Assembly: GCA_963812015.1 (NCBI GenBank)
Contig: CAWETI010000003.1
Span: 1,088,001 to 1,152,000, forward strand
DNA: 64,000 nt
Direction of reading: 5' to 3'
Origin: an uncultured delta proteobacterium
GTDB lineage: Bacteria; Desulfobacterota; Desulfobaccia; Desulfobaccales; 0-14-0-80-60-11
Position numbers and translations under genes: made by a program. The notes under the pieces were generated by a model. That model made no database searches. It was given only the letters and a program-made list of their open reading frames with translations, and was not told the origin of the DNA. Positions 49,663 through 58,746 of this stretch are shown here, in pieces; within the stretch, counting starts at the first letter, position 1; each line of letters begins with the position of its first letter.

Positions 49663-49814
49663 GAAAATTCAAGGGGTTAGGCTAACAAGCTTAACCCCTT
49701 CCTTTTATTTCCAACTCTATTTCCAACCTTGAGGCTCAAAACCGCCCCGGAAAGACAAGCTGTCTTATGCTGATGCCCCCTTCTCAATAATAGGCAACGC
49801 CATGATCGAGACGA

Positions 49815-50639
49815 TCAATGGGAGTCATCTGCTTCAAGAGGAGGGCTCCCCTGGGATGCCTTGCGCCTTTTCCAGAGCCAGCCGGCGATGGGAATGATGA
49901 TCCCGGCCCACAGCCACTGTCCGAACTTTTCCCAAAATTCCGTGACCTTCTGGCTCCAGGATACGTTTACTTCAATAATCTTATCAAAAGTGCGGATCGT
50001 TCTCGAGGTGGGCTGCCCTTGAACGGTAAACTTGGCGCTCAAAGTCAAATGGAGTTTTTGACGACCAGGCTTCAGGGGCTTGGCTTCCCAGGCCCATTTA
50101 GTCACGTCCTCGGAAGTTATTACCTGGGTTTCGGGGGTGACGGTTTGAATTTGAAAATGGGGGCCTGATAACCGAGCCTCCATTTGGTTGGCAACCTTGA
50201 TGCTCTCCCCTTGTTTCTCACCCTCGGCTTCGATCATCTGCTTCAATTCTTCGACCGGCTTGCTCAAGCTGAGGATAAGTTGAATCGAGGCCGTATCCTC
50301 GAGACCGATAGCAGTAGGGGCATTGAAAGCAATATTGCCCACCGGCAATTTTTCTAGAATGCGGTCAATAACTTTGAACTGGCCTAATTGGGCAGCAGGG
50401 CCCCCACGAGTCACATCTTCGTCGGGAGGCTCTGGAGGAGGCGTCACTGGCGGCCCTGGCTTGGCGCTGATTTTTGCCGGCGGTGGTTCAGAAGGTGGCC
50501 CGCACCCCAGATACAAAGCCGGTCCGGCCAGGAGCACTAACAGGATAACACCACCTATGCGGAACCAGGTTCCAACTCTCGGCTCTTTCCCAGTTTTCTT
50601 ATCCACGGATGCCCCCTTTACCAAACCTGAGGTTTGCAA
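49815..50639 (-). CDS. Hypothetical membrane-anchored protein (Pro-rich linker, beta-rich domain, C-terminal TM)
   Basis: N-terminal hydrophobic segment ending YLGC, PPEPP linker, C-terminal WLWAGIIIPIAGWLWKRRK. Confidence 0.7.
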   Translation of the reverse strand: MQTSGLVKGASVDKKTGKEPRVGTWFRIGGVILLVLLAGPALYLGCGPPSEPPPAKISAKPGPPVTPPPEPPDEDVTRGGPAAQLGQFKVIDRILEKLPVGNIAFNAPTAIGLEDTASIQLILSLSKPVEELKQMIEAEGEKQGESIKVANQMEARLSGPHFQIQTVTPETQVITSEDVTKWAWEAKPLKPGRQKLHLTLSAKFTVQGQPTSRTIRTFDKIIEVNVSWSQKVTEFWEKFGQWLWAGIIIPIAGWLWKRRKASQGSPPLEADDSH

Positions 50640-50759
50640 TCATCCCGTTGGCGCCGATAAAATTGTCTATTTTTCTCGCAGCAACCTCAGGGGTTTTATA
50701 GGCCCGTCTGAGCCAGCAGGTTAAATAAGCTCACCCGGTGCATCACCTGACGTCGGCAG

Positions 50760-53537
50760 TTATTGGCCATCGCCAAAAACCACCAGTGGGGCCCAATAGA
50801 ACGGATGGCGGTATTTATCGCCTTTCTCGCCCCGGAGCAGGGCCAGTTTGATTTCTCGCAGGGCAGCAGCCCGGCCTAATTTTTGGCTGAGATAGCGATA
50901 GGTGCCCACGTTTAGCTCTTTGGCGGATTGCGATTCAACCGACCACAGGGTGACGCAAACCGCCGGGGTTCCGGAATACATGAAGGCCCGGGTCAGGCCC
51001 ATCACCCCTTCGCCCTTGACTTCGACGCCCCGCCCGGTGTTGCAGGCGGACAGGGATACCAGATCGGCATTGAGCTGGAGACCAAAAACGTCCGCCATGG
51101 TCAGGTAGCCGTCTTTTTCCGGGTAAGACAGGACCAAGGCCGGTTGCACGATGCGATCCACTTCTCCCGGCAGGATACCATGGCAGGCGAAGACCAGATA
51201 CCGATAATCCCGAAGTTTAACCGCCTGGTTCAGACTGAGAACCGTGCTCCGGGAGGCGGCCTCTTTGACGAGCAGGGGGTTGCTTTGCTCCGGAGCATGG
51301 AGCAGCTCCTTGATGGCCTGGGCCTCGCCTTCGGTTTCCGGCAATTCCGGAAAAGTCCCCCCGGCGATCTCGCGATAGGCGCGAGTCTGCAAACCGCTGA
51401 TAGATTTATCATCCCCCTGGTTTTCGGGGCATTCCTCATAACGCGGGTTGGCAAAGGCCAAGAGGGGATAGGAAGGTCGGGCCTGCCTCCGGGCCTGGAC
51501 TTCCCGCAGAGTTTTGAGCAGCGAGGCTGAGGACAGGTAAGCGATGGGATAATCTTCCACCAGATAGCGGAGGGGCTGGCCGGGGGCTTGGGTTTCGAGG
51601 GCCTCAAAAGGGAGAGAATACAAGGGGCCCGTGGGAATGATATAGAGGGTGCTGCCGGGGGCCAGACTCGCTCGAATGGAGGCGGGAACGAGCAAGGGGT
51701 ACATCTCTTGCCGGAGTTTATCCCGCTCTTCCGGGCTGGCGCCCTGGCGCATCTTCCCTCCCTCATCTTTGGTTTTCAAAACCGTGCTCCGGTAGGCTGC
51801 AATCTTCCGGCTCAGGTCCTCCTCCCCGATGGGCAGCGTCTCCAGCCGGAAGACCTCTTTACCGATTACCCAGAGGCAGGTCTTATCTTGCATGACGCCA
51901 TAAATCAGCAGGACCTCCCCCGGTTGCAGCACCTGGGTCTGCAGTTCCTCCGGCTTGGCGGGTTGGGGATATTTCAGGGCATAGTAGTCGGGGTATTTGG
52001 TTTGGAGTTCGCCTTTCAGGGTCTGGAGGGCCTCTCTCGTCTGCTGTAATTCGGTTTCCAGGATTTGTAGGCGCTGCGGGTCCGGCTGGGGTTGCGACCG
52101 TTCTTTTACCAGGGTGACCTGGACCTCGTCCAGGCGATTTTCCAGCGCGGTTTCCTGGCTTTTCACCTGCTCGGGGAGGCCGGCGAATTCACGGGCGCCG
52201 CTCTGGCCCATCTCCTCCAGAAAGAGACGTCCTTGCTTGCGCTCAAAGATCTCGAGGGCATCCCGGTCATAGCCTTTCGTTGGATCCTGTTCATGCAAAG
52301 ACCTTAACAGCTCGATTAATTCGTCATAGACAAAAAGCTTATTCTTTATGTAGGTGGACTTGCTTTGCTTGTTGCCCAACCCGGCCCGCAGGCCTTCGAT
52401 GGTGCCCAGGGCCTGCCGGTAATGCTCGATGGCTTCGCCATAGCTTGCCAGATTAGCTTCGACCTGGCCCAGGGCACGCTGCACCCGCCAGAGGTTTTCC
52501 GGATGGCCTACCTCAAGGGAGATCTTCAGGCTCTCCTGCAAGGTCTTGAGGGCCTGGTCATGCTGACCTAACTTATCATAGAGCAAGCCCAGGCTGGTCA
52601 GATCCCCCCCCTCGTCAAGGCGATCCTTGATCTCCCGATAAATGGTCAGGGCTTGCTGGTGACATTCCAGGGCCCGTTCATACTGACATAAGGCATAGTA
52701 CACCTCGCCCAGGTCGGTCAGAGCCTGCCCCTGGCCCCGGCGAGTCTTGATCTTCCGGTGGATGGCCAGGGCCTGCTGGTAACATTCCAGGGCCCGTTCA
52801 TACTGACCCAGGTCATAGTAAACTTCCCCCAGGTTGATCAGTTCATTTCCCTCAAACCGGAGGTCCTTGGTCTGCCGGTGGATGTCCAGGGCCTGCTGAT
52901 GGCACTCCAGGGCCTGGTCATACTGACCTAAGCGATAATATTCAACACCCAGATTCCCCAGAGCCTGCCCCTGGCCCCGGCGATCCTTGGTCTGCCGGTG
53001 GGTGTCCAGGGCCTTCTGGTTAAACTCCAAAGCCTGATCATACTGACCTAAGTTCCAGGAGACCAGACCTAAGTTGCCCAGGGCATAGCCCTCACCCCGG
53101 AGGTCCTTGATTTCCCGGTAGATGTCCAGGGCCTGCTGGTGATGCTTTAGGGCCTGGTCATACTGATTTAGGTGACGATAGGCCACCCCCTGATTATTCC
53201 GATCATTGCCCTCGCCCCGGAGGTCCTTGATTTGCCGGTGGAGGTCCAGGGCCTGCTGGTGATACTCCAAAGCCCGGCCATACTGCCCTAAAGCATCATA
53301 GGCCAGCCCCAGGTTGCCTAAAAAATCGGCGCTGGCTTGCTGGTTTTTGGCTTTTTTAGCCAGATCCAATCCCTGTTGCCATTTGACCAGGGCCTGGTGA
53401 TAATTGGCGCCATCGTAGGCCCGTTGGCCTGCCTTCGCCAGCCGATTCATATCGGCCTTGTCAGCCCAAGCGACCTGACAAAAACCAAGCACGCAGACAA
53501 CCCAGAGTAACGCTCCTATAGTCCATCGTAAATCCAT
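50760..53537 (-). CDS. TPR-repeat and CHAT (caspase-like) domain protein with signal peptide
   Basis: FACHG and LSACNTG dyad, HPFYWAP; ~40-aa TPR repeats visible as a 120-bp DNA period at ~52540-53320; start ATG 53537 after GAGGG. Confidence 0.92.
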   Translation of the reverse strand: MDLRWTIGALLWVVCVLGFCQVAWADKADMNRLAKAGQRAYDGANYHQALVKWQQGLDLAKKAKNQQASADFLGNLGLAYDALGQYGRALEYHQQALDLHRQIKDLRGEGNDRNNQGVAYRHLNQYDQALKHHQQALDIYREIKDLRGEGYALGNLGLVSWNLGQYDQALEFNQKALDTHRQTKDRRGQGQALGNLGVEYYRLGQYDQALECHQQALDIHRQTKDLRFEGNELINLGEVYYDLGQYERALECYQQALAIHRKIKTRRGQGQALTDLGEVYYALCQYERALECHQQALTIYREIKDRLDEGGDLTSLGLLYDKLGQHDQALKTLQESLKISLEVGHPENLWRVQRALGQVEANLASYGEAIEHYRQALGTIEGLRAGLGNKQSKSTYIKNKLFVYDELIELLRSLHEQDPTKGYDRDALEIFERKQGRLFLEEMGQSGAREFAGLPEQVKSQETALENRLDEVQVTLVKERSQPQPDPQRLQILETELQQTREALQTLKGELQTKYPDYYALKYPQPAKPEELQTQVLQPGEVLLIYGVMQDKTCLWVIGKEVFRLETLPIGEEDLSRKIAAYRSTVLKTKDEGGKMRQGASPEERDKLRQEMYPLLVPASIRASLAPGSTLYIIPTGPLYSLPFEALETQAPGQPLRYLVEDYPIAYLSSASLLKTLREVQARRQARPSYPLLAFANPRYEECPENQGDDKSISGLQTRAYREIAGGTFPELPETEGEAQAIKELLHAPEQSNPLLVKEAASRSTVLSLNQAVKLRDYRYLVFACHGILPGEVDRIVQPALVLSYPEKDGYLTMADVFGLQLNADLVSLSACNTGRGVEVKGEGVMGLTRAFMYSGTPAVCVTLWSVESQSAKELNVGTYRYLSQKLGRAAALREIKLALLRGEKGDKYRHPFYWAPLVVFGDGQ

Positions 53538-53649
53538 GGTCATCCCTCGTGCATGGAACAGTAGCCCTAGGCCCCTCGACCGACAACCACGTACGGGTCC
53601 TCTTTCAGGAGACCTATGACGGCGTCGCGGATGGTTCCCCCAAACGCCT

Positions 53650-54771
53650 TCATGCAGAGTACGGCTCGGCTCGGACAATCCGTTGATTAATTATCGGTTC
53701 GAGGTATTTTTCGATTAACCCCTTCTTGGCCTGACACCATTCGCTCTTATGGCGGAACGATCCCCCGGCGAACCACCCATCCAAGGGGCAGCCGCCGTGG
53801 CAGATATCCCAGAAACGACATCCCTTGCACGCCGTTTCCGGAAGGACCACAAGGCGGCGCCGGAGGGCCTCCCTCTGGGGATCCGCAAAAATCTGAGAGA
53901 ACGATTTTTCGTGGATCGAGCCATAATCCAGCAGCCCACAATCGGCCGAGCGGCCGCAAAGGGACGCACTGCCATCCGGCAGCACCGCCAGATGGCTGTC
54001 CGCGCAGGCGCCCGCGTCGGTGCAGATCAAATACTTGCGATCCCCAACCAGGTTTTCTGTGAGAGAAAAAAACGGCTCGATGCGCCCGAACTCATGGCGA
54101 TGCCGCCACCACACGGGGAATATGGTCCCCAGGAACTCTGCATACTGGTTCGGCGTAATTTTGATGTGGTCCAGTCCGCAGCCGTGCACGAGGACCGGGT
54201 TAAACATGAGCCCTCGTTTGGGTGACAGATTGGTGAGGAAATTGAATATCTCCAACGGCTTCGCCAGAGATCGCTGCGTCACCACATAGATCACTCCCCA
54301 AGTAAACCCTTCGTCCTCCAGGAGGCAGATTGCGTCCAGGAAACGTTGATTATACGTTTTCCAATCCCGGTTTTTCCCCAGGCCGCGCGTGTTGCCGATG
54401 GGGTCGTAGCTCGTGCCGATGTGCGTGACCCCCAGTTTTCTCATGGGATCAAGGAATTCCCTGGAGAGCAGGGTGAGGTTACTCTGGATTGAGTGCCGGA
54501 TGCGGCTGACGGTGCCTGAGCAATGTTTTTCCTGATAGTGAAGAGCCCTGGCGAAATAGCGGGGGCCGAGGAGAAGAGGCTCCCCACCGTGCCAGATGAT
54601 CTCCAGGTCTTCCTGGGGCCGTTCGAGCAGGAACTCGTTGACGCGCCGGAACAATAATTCCAGGGTCTTGAAGGTCATGTGCTTCGGACCACGGGTCTTC
54701 TTCTTAACGACCTCGCAGTATATGCACCTCGAATTGCAGGCCTCCGTGGGTTTGAAGATCAAGGTTGCCAT
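53650..54771 (-). CDS. Radical SAM/SPASM maturase-like enzyme
   Basis: CNSRCIYC, WHGGEPLL, QSNLT; SPASM CKGCRFWDICHGGCP...C. Confidence 0.9.
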   Translation of the reverse strand: MATLIFKPTEACNSRCIYCEVVKKKTRGPKHMTFKTLELLFRRVNEFLLERPQEDLEIIWHGGEPLLLGPRYFARALHYQEKHCSGTVSRIRHSIQSNLTLLSREFLDPMRKLGVTHIGTSYDPIGNTRGLGKNRDWKTYNQRFLDAICLLEDEGFTWGVIYVVTQRSLAKPLEIFNFLTNLSPKRGLMFNPVLVHGCGLDHIKITPNQYAEFLGTIFPVWWRHRHEFGRIEPFFSLTENLVGDRKYLICTDAGACADSHLAVLPDGSASLCGRSADCGLLDYGSIHEKSFSQIFADPQREALRRRLVVLPETACKGCRFWDICHGGCPLDGWFAGGSFRHKSEWCQAKKGLIEKYLEPIINQRIVRAEPYSA

Positions 54772-55628
54772 ATACGGCGTTCCTCCTGGGCAACCTGCAA
54801 AGCCAGGCGCTGGCGAATCAGATCAATCAGGTCCATGAAAAATTCGGAACATCCGGGCTTCCGGGTGAGGTCATCCGAGAATTTCCCATGACAAATCTTC
54901 CAGCCGGCACAGGAGGCACAGGGATGGTTGTCGGCGAAGTAATGTTTCCACGATTGCAGCCGCTCCCGGATCGGCGGAAATTCCTCCGGCGTGCCGATTT
55001 CACTAAGGCGGTGGGCCACGAACCGCTTCTCGTCCAATTCCGCCTGGGAAAGGGCGACACGGCCAGCTTCGTCGAGATGCAGGAAATACCGGGGATCATC
55101 AAAGGTGACGCGGCCCCAGTCGATGTACTGGGAAGAATGGTAGTTTGCCGCCATGAAGACAAAAGGCTCGATGGCGGCGTGGGGCACCCGTCCCAGGAGA
55201 GCGTAGGTCGCTAAATCGGCCAGGGATTCCCAATCCGTCCTGCCAGGCCTGAAATCAGCGCAACAATGTATGCCTACTGACGACAAGATCCTTAAACTTG
55301 CAAGGTTGTCGGGGTGGTCGCAAGGGAGATAGACTCGTAGGCTGAGATTACGCAGCCTGTCAAGATGCTTCGCCAGGTGGCGGAAATGCCCTAGCGAAGG
55401 GGCCATGACCGCCAGGGGGATGCCTTGGCGGTGGTCATCGAGTTCAATGTCGGCCAGGGGACGATCCGATTCCACGATAACACCATTAAGGGTGTTGCCG
55501 GACTTCCAGACTTTTTCCACGCCTGGCCCGATGTGATCGCAACTCTTCAGCCTCAGGGTCACAGAGAACCCCGTGAAACTCTGCAGCAAACTATCGCTAC
55601 CTGGGCAGACGATGGTTGGAAATCCCAT
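54759..55628 (-). CDS. SPASM-like Cys-cluster protein lacking the radical SAM CxxxCxxC motif
   Basis: C-terminal CASCAGWKICHGKF...C; overlaps both neighbours. Confidence 0.7.
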   Translation of the reverse strand: MGFPTIVCPGSDSLLQSFTGFSVTLRLKSCDHIGPGVEKVWKSGNTLNGVIVESDRPLADIELDDHRQGIPLAVMAPSLGHFRHLAKHLDRLRNLSLRVYLPCDHPDNLASLRILSSVGIHCCADFRPGRTDWESLADLATYALLGRVPHAAIEPFVFMAANYHSSQYIDWGRVTFDDPRYFLHLDEAGRVALSQAELDEKRFVAHRLSEIGTPEEFPPIRERLQSWKHYFADNHPCASCAGWKICHGKFSDDLTRKPGCSEFFMDLIDLIRQRLALQVAQEERRIWQP

Positions 55629-56628
55629 CCTCGCCCCCCGCATGCCTTATGGGCGCCTCGTCGATGACGCCACCGACGATCTGGCACAACCCCCCGCCGC
55701 CGCACCCTCCATCCTCCTGGGAACGGCAGCCATCGCATTCTTCGAAGCTGCCGGCGATCTCCGCCTTGATTGCGTCGCGCAGCCGCGCAAAATGTCTGTC
55801 GATCTGCTCCATGGTATCGAACTCGAACAGGGACTTTCTTTGATAATCGGCGAGAGGCAGGCAGTGATACACGGTCATGTCCGGCGATATGGAGAGGGCC
55901 GGCCCGCACCCGAAAGGGGCATGACCCCTGGAGCGGTGTAGCCATCCGAGTTCTGCATCGCTGAACCTGCACAGGGGAAATCCGCAGCCGAGGCGCAAGC
56001 GGACGCGATGGGCATCGAAAAGATGACGGTGGGAATAGAGTCGCTCAACGACCCGCCTCATATCCTGGGCAGGGATGAACCCGTCCTGACTGCCGGGGAC
56101 AGGATGGGCTAGGCCGAGACGCATGTTCCGCTTCAGGTGGAAACGGCTTAGGTAATCGAACAGGAAATCAAGGGTAAAATCCAGCCGCTGGATGTCGAAG
56201 GCCGCTTGCGTCCATGGTCCCATGACCGTGAGGAAACCCTGCAATCTTGCCGTTGCTTGCGGCGCAGCCGGGGTTTGAACCGGGTCATTCAGGTTGCATA
56301 CCCAATTGAGCCGCTCGATGGGCACCTCAGCGAGATGACGCTCGAACGCTTCGAGGCGGGACGGGCTCAGCATCCCATCGGTGAAAACCGTCACGTCGAA
56401 ACCACGATGGAGCAGGTAGAGGATGAAGTCGATGCAGTGCGGGTGAACCGTCGACTCGCCTCCCGAGAGGGATACCCGCCGGTGGCCAGACGCCCAGAGA
56501 AAATCCGCAATGTAGATGAGATTCTCCCAGGACAACGACTGGCTGCCGGGGGCCACTGGCATCTCGTTCCTGGCGGAGCAAGGGGGGCAATAGCGGTGGC
56601 AGGGTGAGGTCAGCAGTATGTTCGCCAT
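55597..56628 (-). CDS. Radical SAM/SPASM protein, partly degenerate motifs
   Basis: CHRYCPPC, SGGES, FTDG, CGFPLC, CGPALSI...HCLP, CDGC...CGGGGLC; start ATG 56628 after GGAG. Confidence 0.8.
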   Translation of the reverse strand: MANILLTSPCHRYCPPCSARNEMPVAPGSQSLSWENLIYIADFLWASGHRRVSLSGGESTVHPHCIDFILYLLHRGFDVTVFTDGMLSPSRLEAFERHLAEVPIERLNWVCNLNDPVQTPAAPQATARLQGFLTVMGPWTQAAFDIQRLDFTLDFLFDYLSRFHLKRNMRLGLAHPVPGSQDGFIPAQDMRRVVERLYSHRHLFDAHRVRLRLGCGFPLCRFSDAELGWLHRSRGHAPFGCGPALSISPDMTVYHCLPLADYQRKSLFEFDTMEQIDRHFARLRDAIKAEIAGSFEECDGCRSQEDGGCGGGGLCQIVGGVIDEAPIRHAGGEDGISNHRLPR

Positions 56629-56758
56629 GGTCGTCGTCTCCGATGGCACACATCACCTTATTACGGGACGGCCAACGAGGCGTTCCCGACGGAGGAGCCG
56701 AACCATAACTACCTGCACTAGGAGGTATAGTGTTTCAGATACTGTAAGTGCTCTACTA

Positions 56759-56959
56759 TTACTTTGGCGCTGAATCGCCGTATTGCTCCTTTACTATATC
56801 GGAGTAGGGGCTCTTCTTCGCCGGGCAGATAATCCCTGCGACGACTACGATGCCTACACCCGCGAGACCGGCGGCGATCCGTTTCATGGCCGCACGCCTG
56901 GTCAGAAATTCATCCTGCGTGGCTGCCGGTGAATCTTTGCTGTGCTCTTTCTTGGACAT
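56759..56959 (-). CDS. Small peptide with twin-arginine-like leader and YxD motifs (candidate RiPP precursor)
   Basis: AAGGAGG RBS; LTRRAAMK, hydrophobic stretch, then YSD...YGD. Confidence 0.75.
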   Translation of the reverse strand: MSKKEHSKDSPAATQDEFLTRRAAMKRIAAGLAGVGIVVVAGIICPAKKSPYSDIVKEQYGDSAPK

Positions 56960-57508
56960 GGTTGTTCCTCCTTTTAGCTATCTCTGGAAGGCGGAATTCT
57001 TATGAGATGTTTGATAGCATAAGCTTTTTTGAAAATCAATAATTTACTTCCAAAGGAGGACACGGCCAGGTGGATGCGTCGGGCCCGGCCGGGTGTACAA
57101 GAGAAGCTGACCGGTCAGAGAGCTAAAGAATTTGATTACCAGGCCGCGGCCCGGGAAAGAACCCAAGGCCCGAGCCCGGACCAGGCGCAGCGCCTCAAAT
57201 CTTATCCTTTTTCGCATTAAGTCATTATCTCCATTATTTTTATTAGAGATGGATGCGGTTCCCGGTTAGCCAAGGCGGGTTTCATGGGCATGGGGGAATA
57301 TCGCCTCCCTAAGACCCTTAGGGGAACAAAATGGCGCCTCGGCGGACTCGGAAGGCGAAATTTAAATTAACCAATGTGCAATTCAGCGTTAATTGGTATA
57401 ATAACCTTATGTCAGGAATGTTTGATGAGAGAGGCGCGGGAGAAAAGCCTGGCGACCGGCGGTTTAGGGCATACTAGTTGAGATTAATAAAAAGTGAAGG
57501 TGTTAAGC

Positions 57509-57871
57509 ATGAACAGGATTGCCGTGACGAGTGAAGGTCCCTCACTGGACGATCAGGTCGACCCGCGCTTCGGCAGGGCCGCCGGCTTCGTGGTCGTGGA
57601 CCTGGAAACCATGGATACCCAATACATTGATAATGGCCAGTCCCAGGCGATGGCTCAGGGGGCCGGTATCCAGGCCACGGAGCTGGTGGCCCGGGCCGGT
57701 GTGAGCTGTCTGCTCACCGGTTACGTCGGTCCCAAGGCCTTTCAGGCCCTTTCTGCCGTCGGCATCAAGGTGGGGCAGAACCTGGAGGGGCTGACCGTAC
57801 GCGACGCCGTGGAGCGGTTCAAGCGCGACCAAGTCGAAATAGCTCAAGCAGCCAACCGGGCCGGACGATGA
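57509..57871 (+). CDS. NifB/NifX-family (FeMo-co biosynthesis domain) protein
   Basis: VDPRFGRAAGF, GAGIQA, GYVGPKAF. Confidence 0.88.
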   Translation: MNRIAVTSEGPSLDDQVDPRFGRAAGFVVVDLETMDTQYIDNGQSQAMAQGAGIQATELVARAGVSCLLTGYVGPKAFQALSAVGIKVGQNLEGLTVRDAVERFKRDQVEIAQAANRAGR

Positions 57872-58746
57872 TCGTTGCCGTGGCAAGTGGCAAGGGCGGC
57901 ACCGGCAAGACCACGGTGGCCGCTTCCCTGGCCGCTATTTGGGATGGACCGGTGACAGGCGTGGACCTTGATGTGGAAGAGCCCAACCTGCATCTCTTTC
58001 TCCATCCGGCCATTGCCGGGAGCGAAATGGCCCAGATGACGGTGCCGACGTTGGCAGAGTCAAAATGCACTTACTGCGGCGCCTGCTCGGAGCTTTGCCA
58101 GTTTAAGGCCATTAGTGTAATGGGCCGGCTGATTTTAATCTTTCCCGAGATGTGTCACGGCTGCGGGGGCTGTATCGCCGTGTGCCCTGAAAAGGCGCTC
58201 TCGGCCGGAAAGCGGGAGCTTGGAGAAATCAGCTGGGGCCGGGCCGGCGGCGCGGGTTTTCTTGCCGGACGGCTGCGCATCGGCGAGGCCATGAGCCCGC
58301 CCCTGATGCGCCGGGTGAAGGCCAGGCTGGATCAGATGCTGGCACATGGCGGGGATGCCATCATCGACGCGCCGCCGGGGGTGAGTTGCCCGGCGGTCAA
58401 TGCGGTGATGGACAGCGAGGTGATTCTTCTGGTTACCGAGCCCACTCCCTTCGGCGTCTATGACTTTAAGCTCGCCTGGGAAGCCTTTACGCCACTGGAA
58501 AAACCCATGGGGGCCGTGATAAATCGGGCCGGACTGGGCAATGATGCCATTTACCGGTTCTGTCAGGAGAAGGGGCTGCCGATTCTGGCCGAGATCCCTT
58601 ACGACCGGGCCATCGCCGAGGCCTATGCGCGGGGCAGGATCATCGCGGACCTAAGCCCCGGGTTCAAGGAGACCTTTGTCACTCTGCGGGATAAGATTCG
58701 CGGCCTGGCGAAACCCGGCCGGTCCCGGGAGGCCGCCCATGCGTGA
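57868..58746 (+). CDS. MinD-like P-loop ATPase with 4Fe-4S ferredoxin insert (COG1149)
   Basis: SGKGGTGKTT, DLDVEEPN, CTYCGAC..C, CHGCGGC..CP, DAPPG, EPTPFG. Confidence 0.88.
   Translation: MIVAVASGKGGTGKTTVAASLAAIWDGPVTGVDLDVEEPNLHLFLHPAIAGSEMAQMTVPTLAESKCTYCGACSELCQFKAISVMGRLILIFPEMCHGCGGCIAVCPEKALSAGKRELGEISWGRAGGAGFLAGRLRIGEAMSPPLMRRVKARLDQMLAHGGDAIIDAPPGVSCPAVNAVMDSEVILLVTEPTPFGVYDFKLAWEAFTPLEKPMGAVINRAGLGNDAIYRFCQEKGLPILAEIPYDRAIAEAYARGRIIADLSPGFKETFVTLRDKIRGLAKPGRSREAAHA

Noticed and set aside
52540..53320. Regular 120-bp repeats as a CRISPR array
   Set aside because: They are in-frame coding TPR units with no unique spacers, and there are no cas genes in the window
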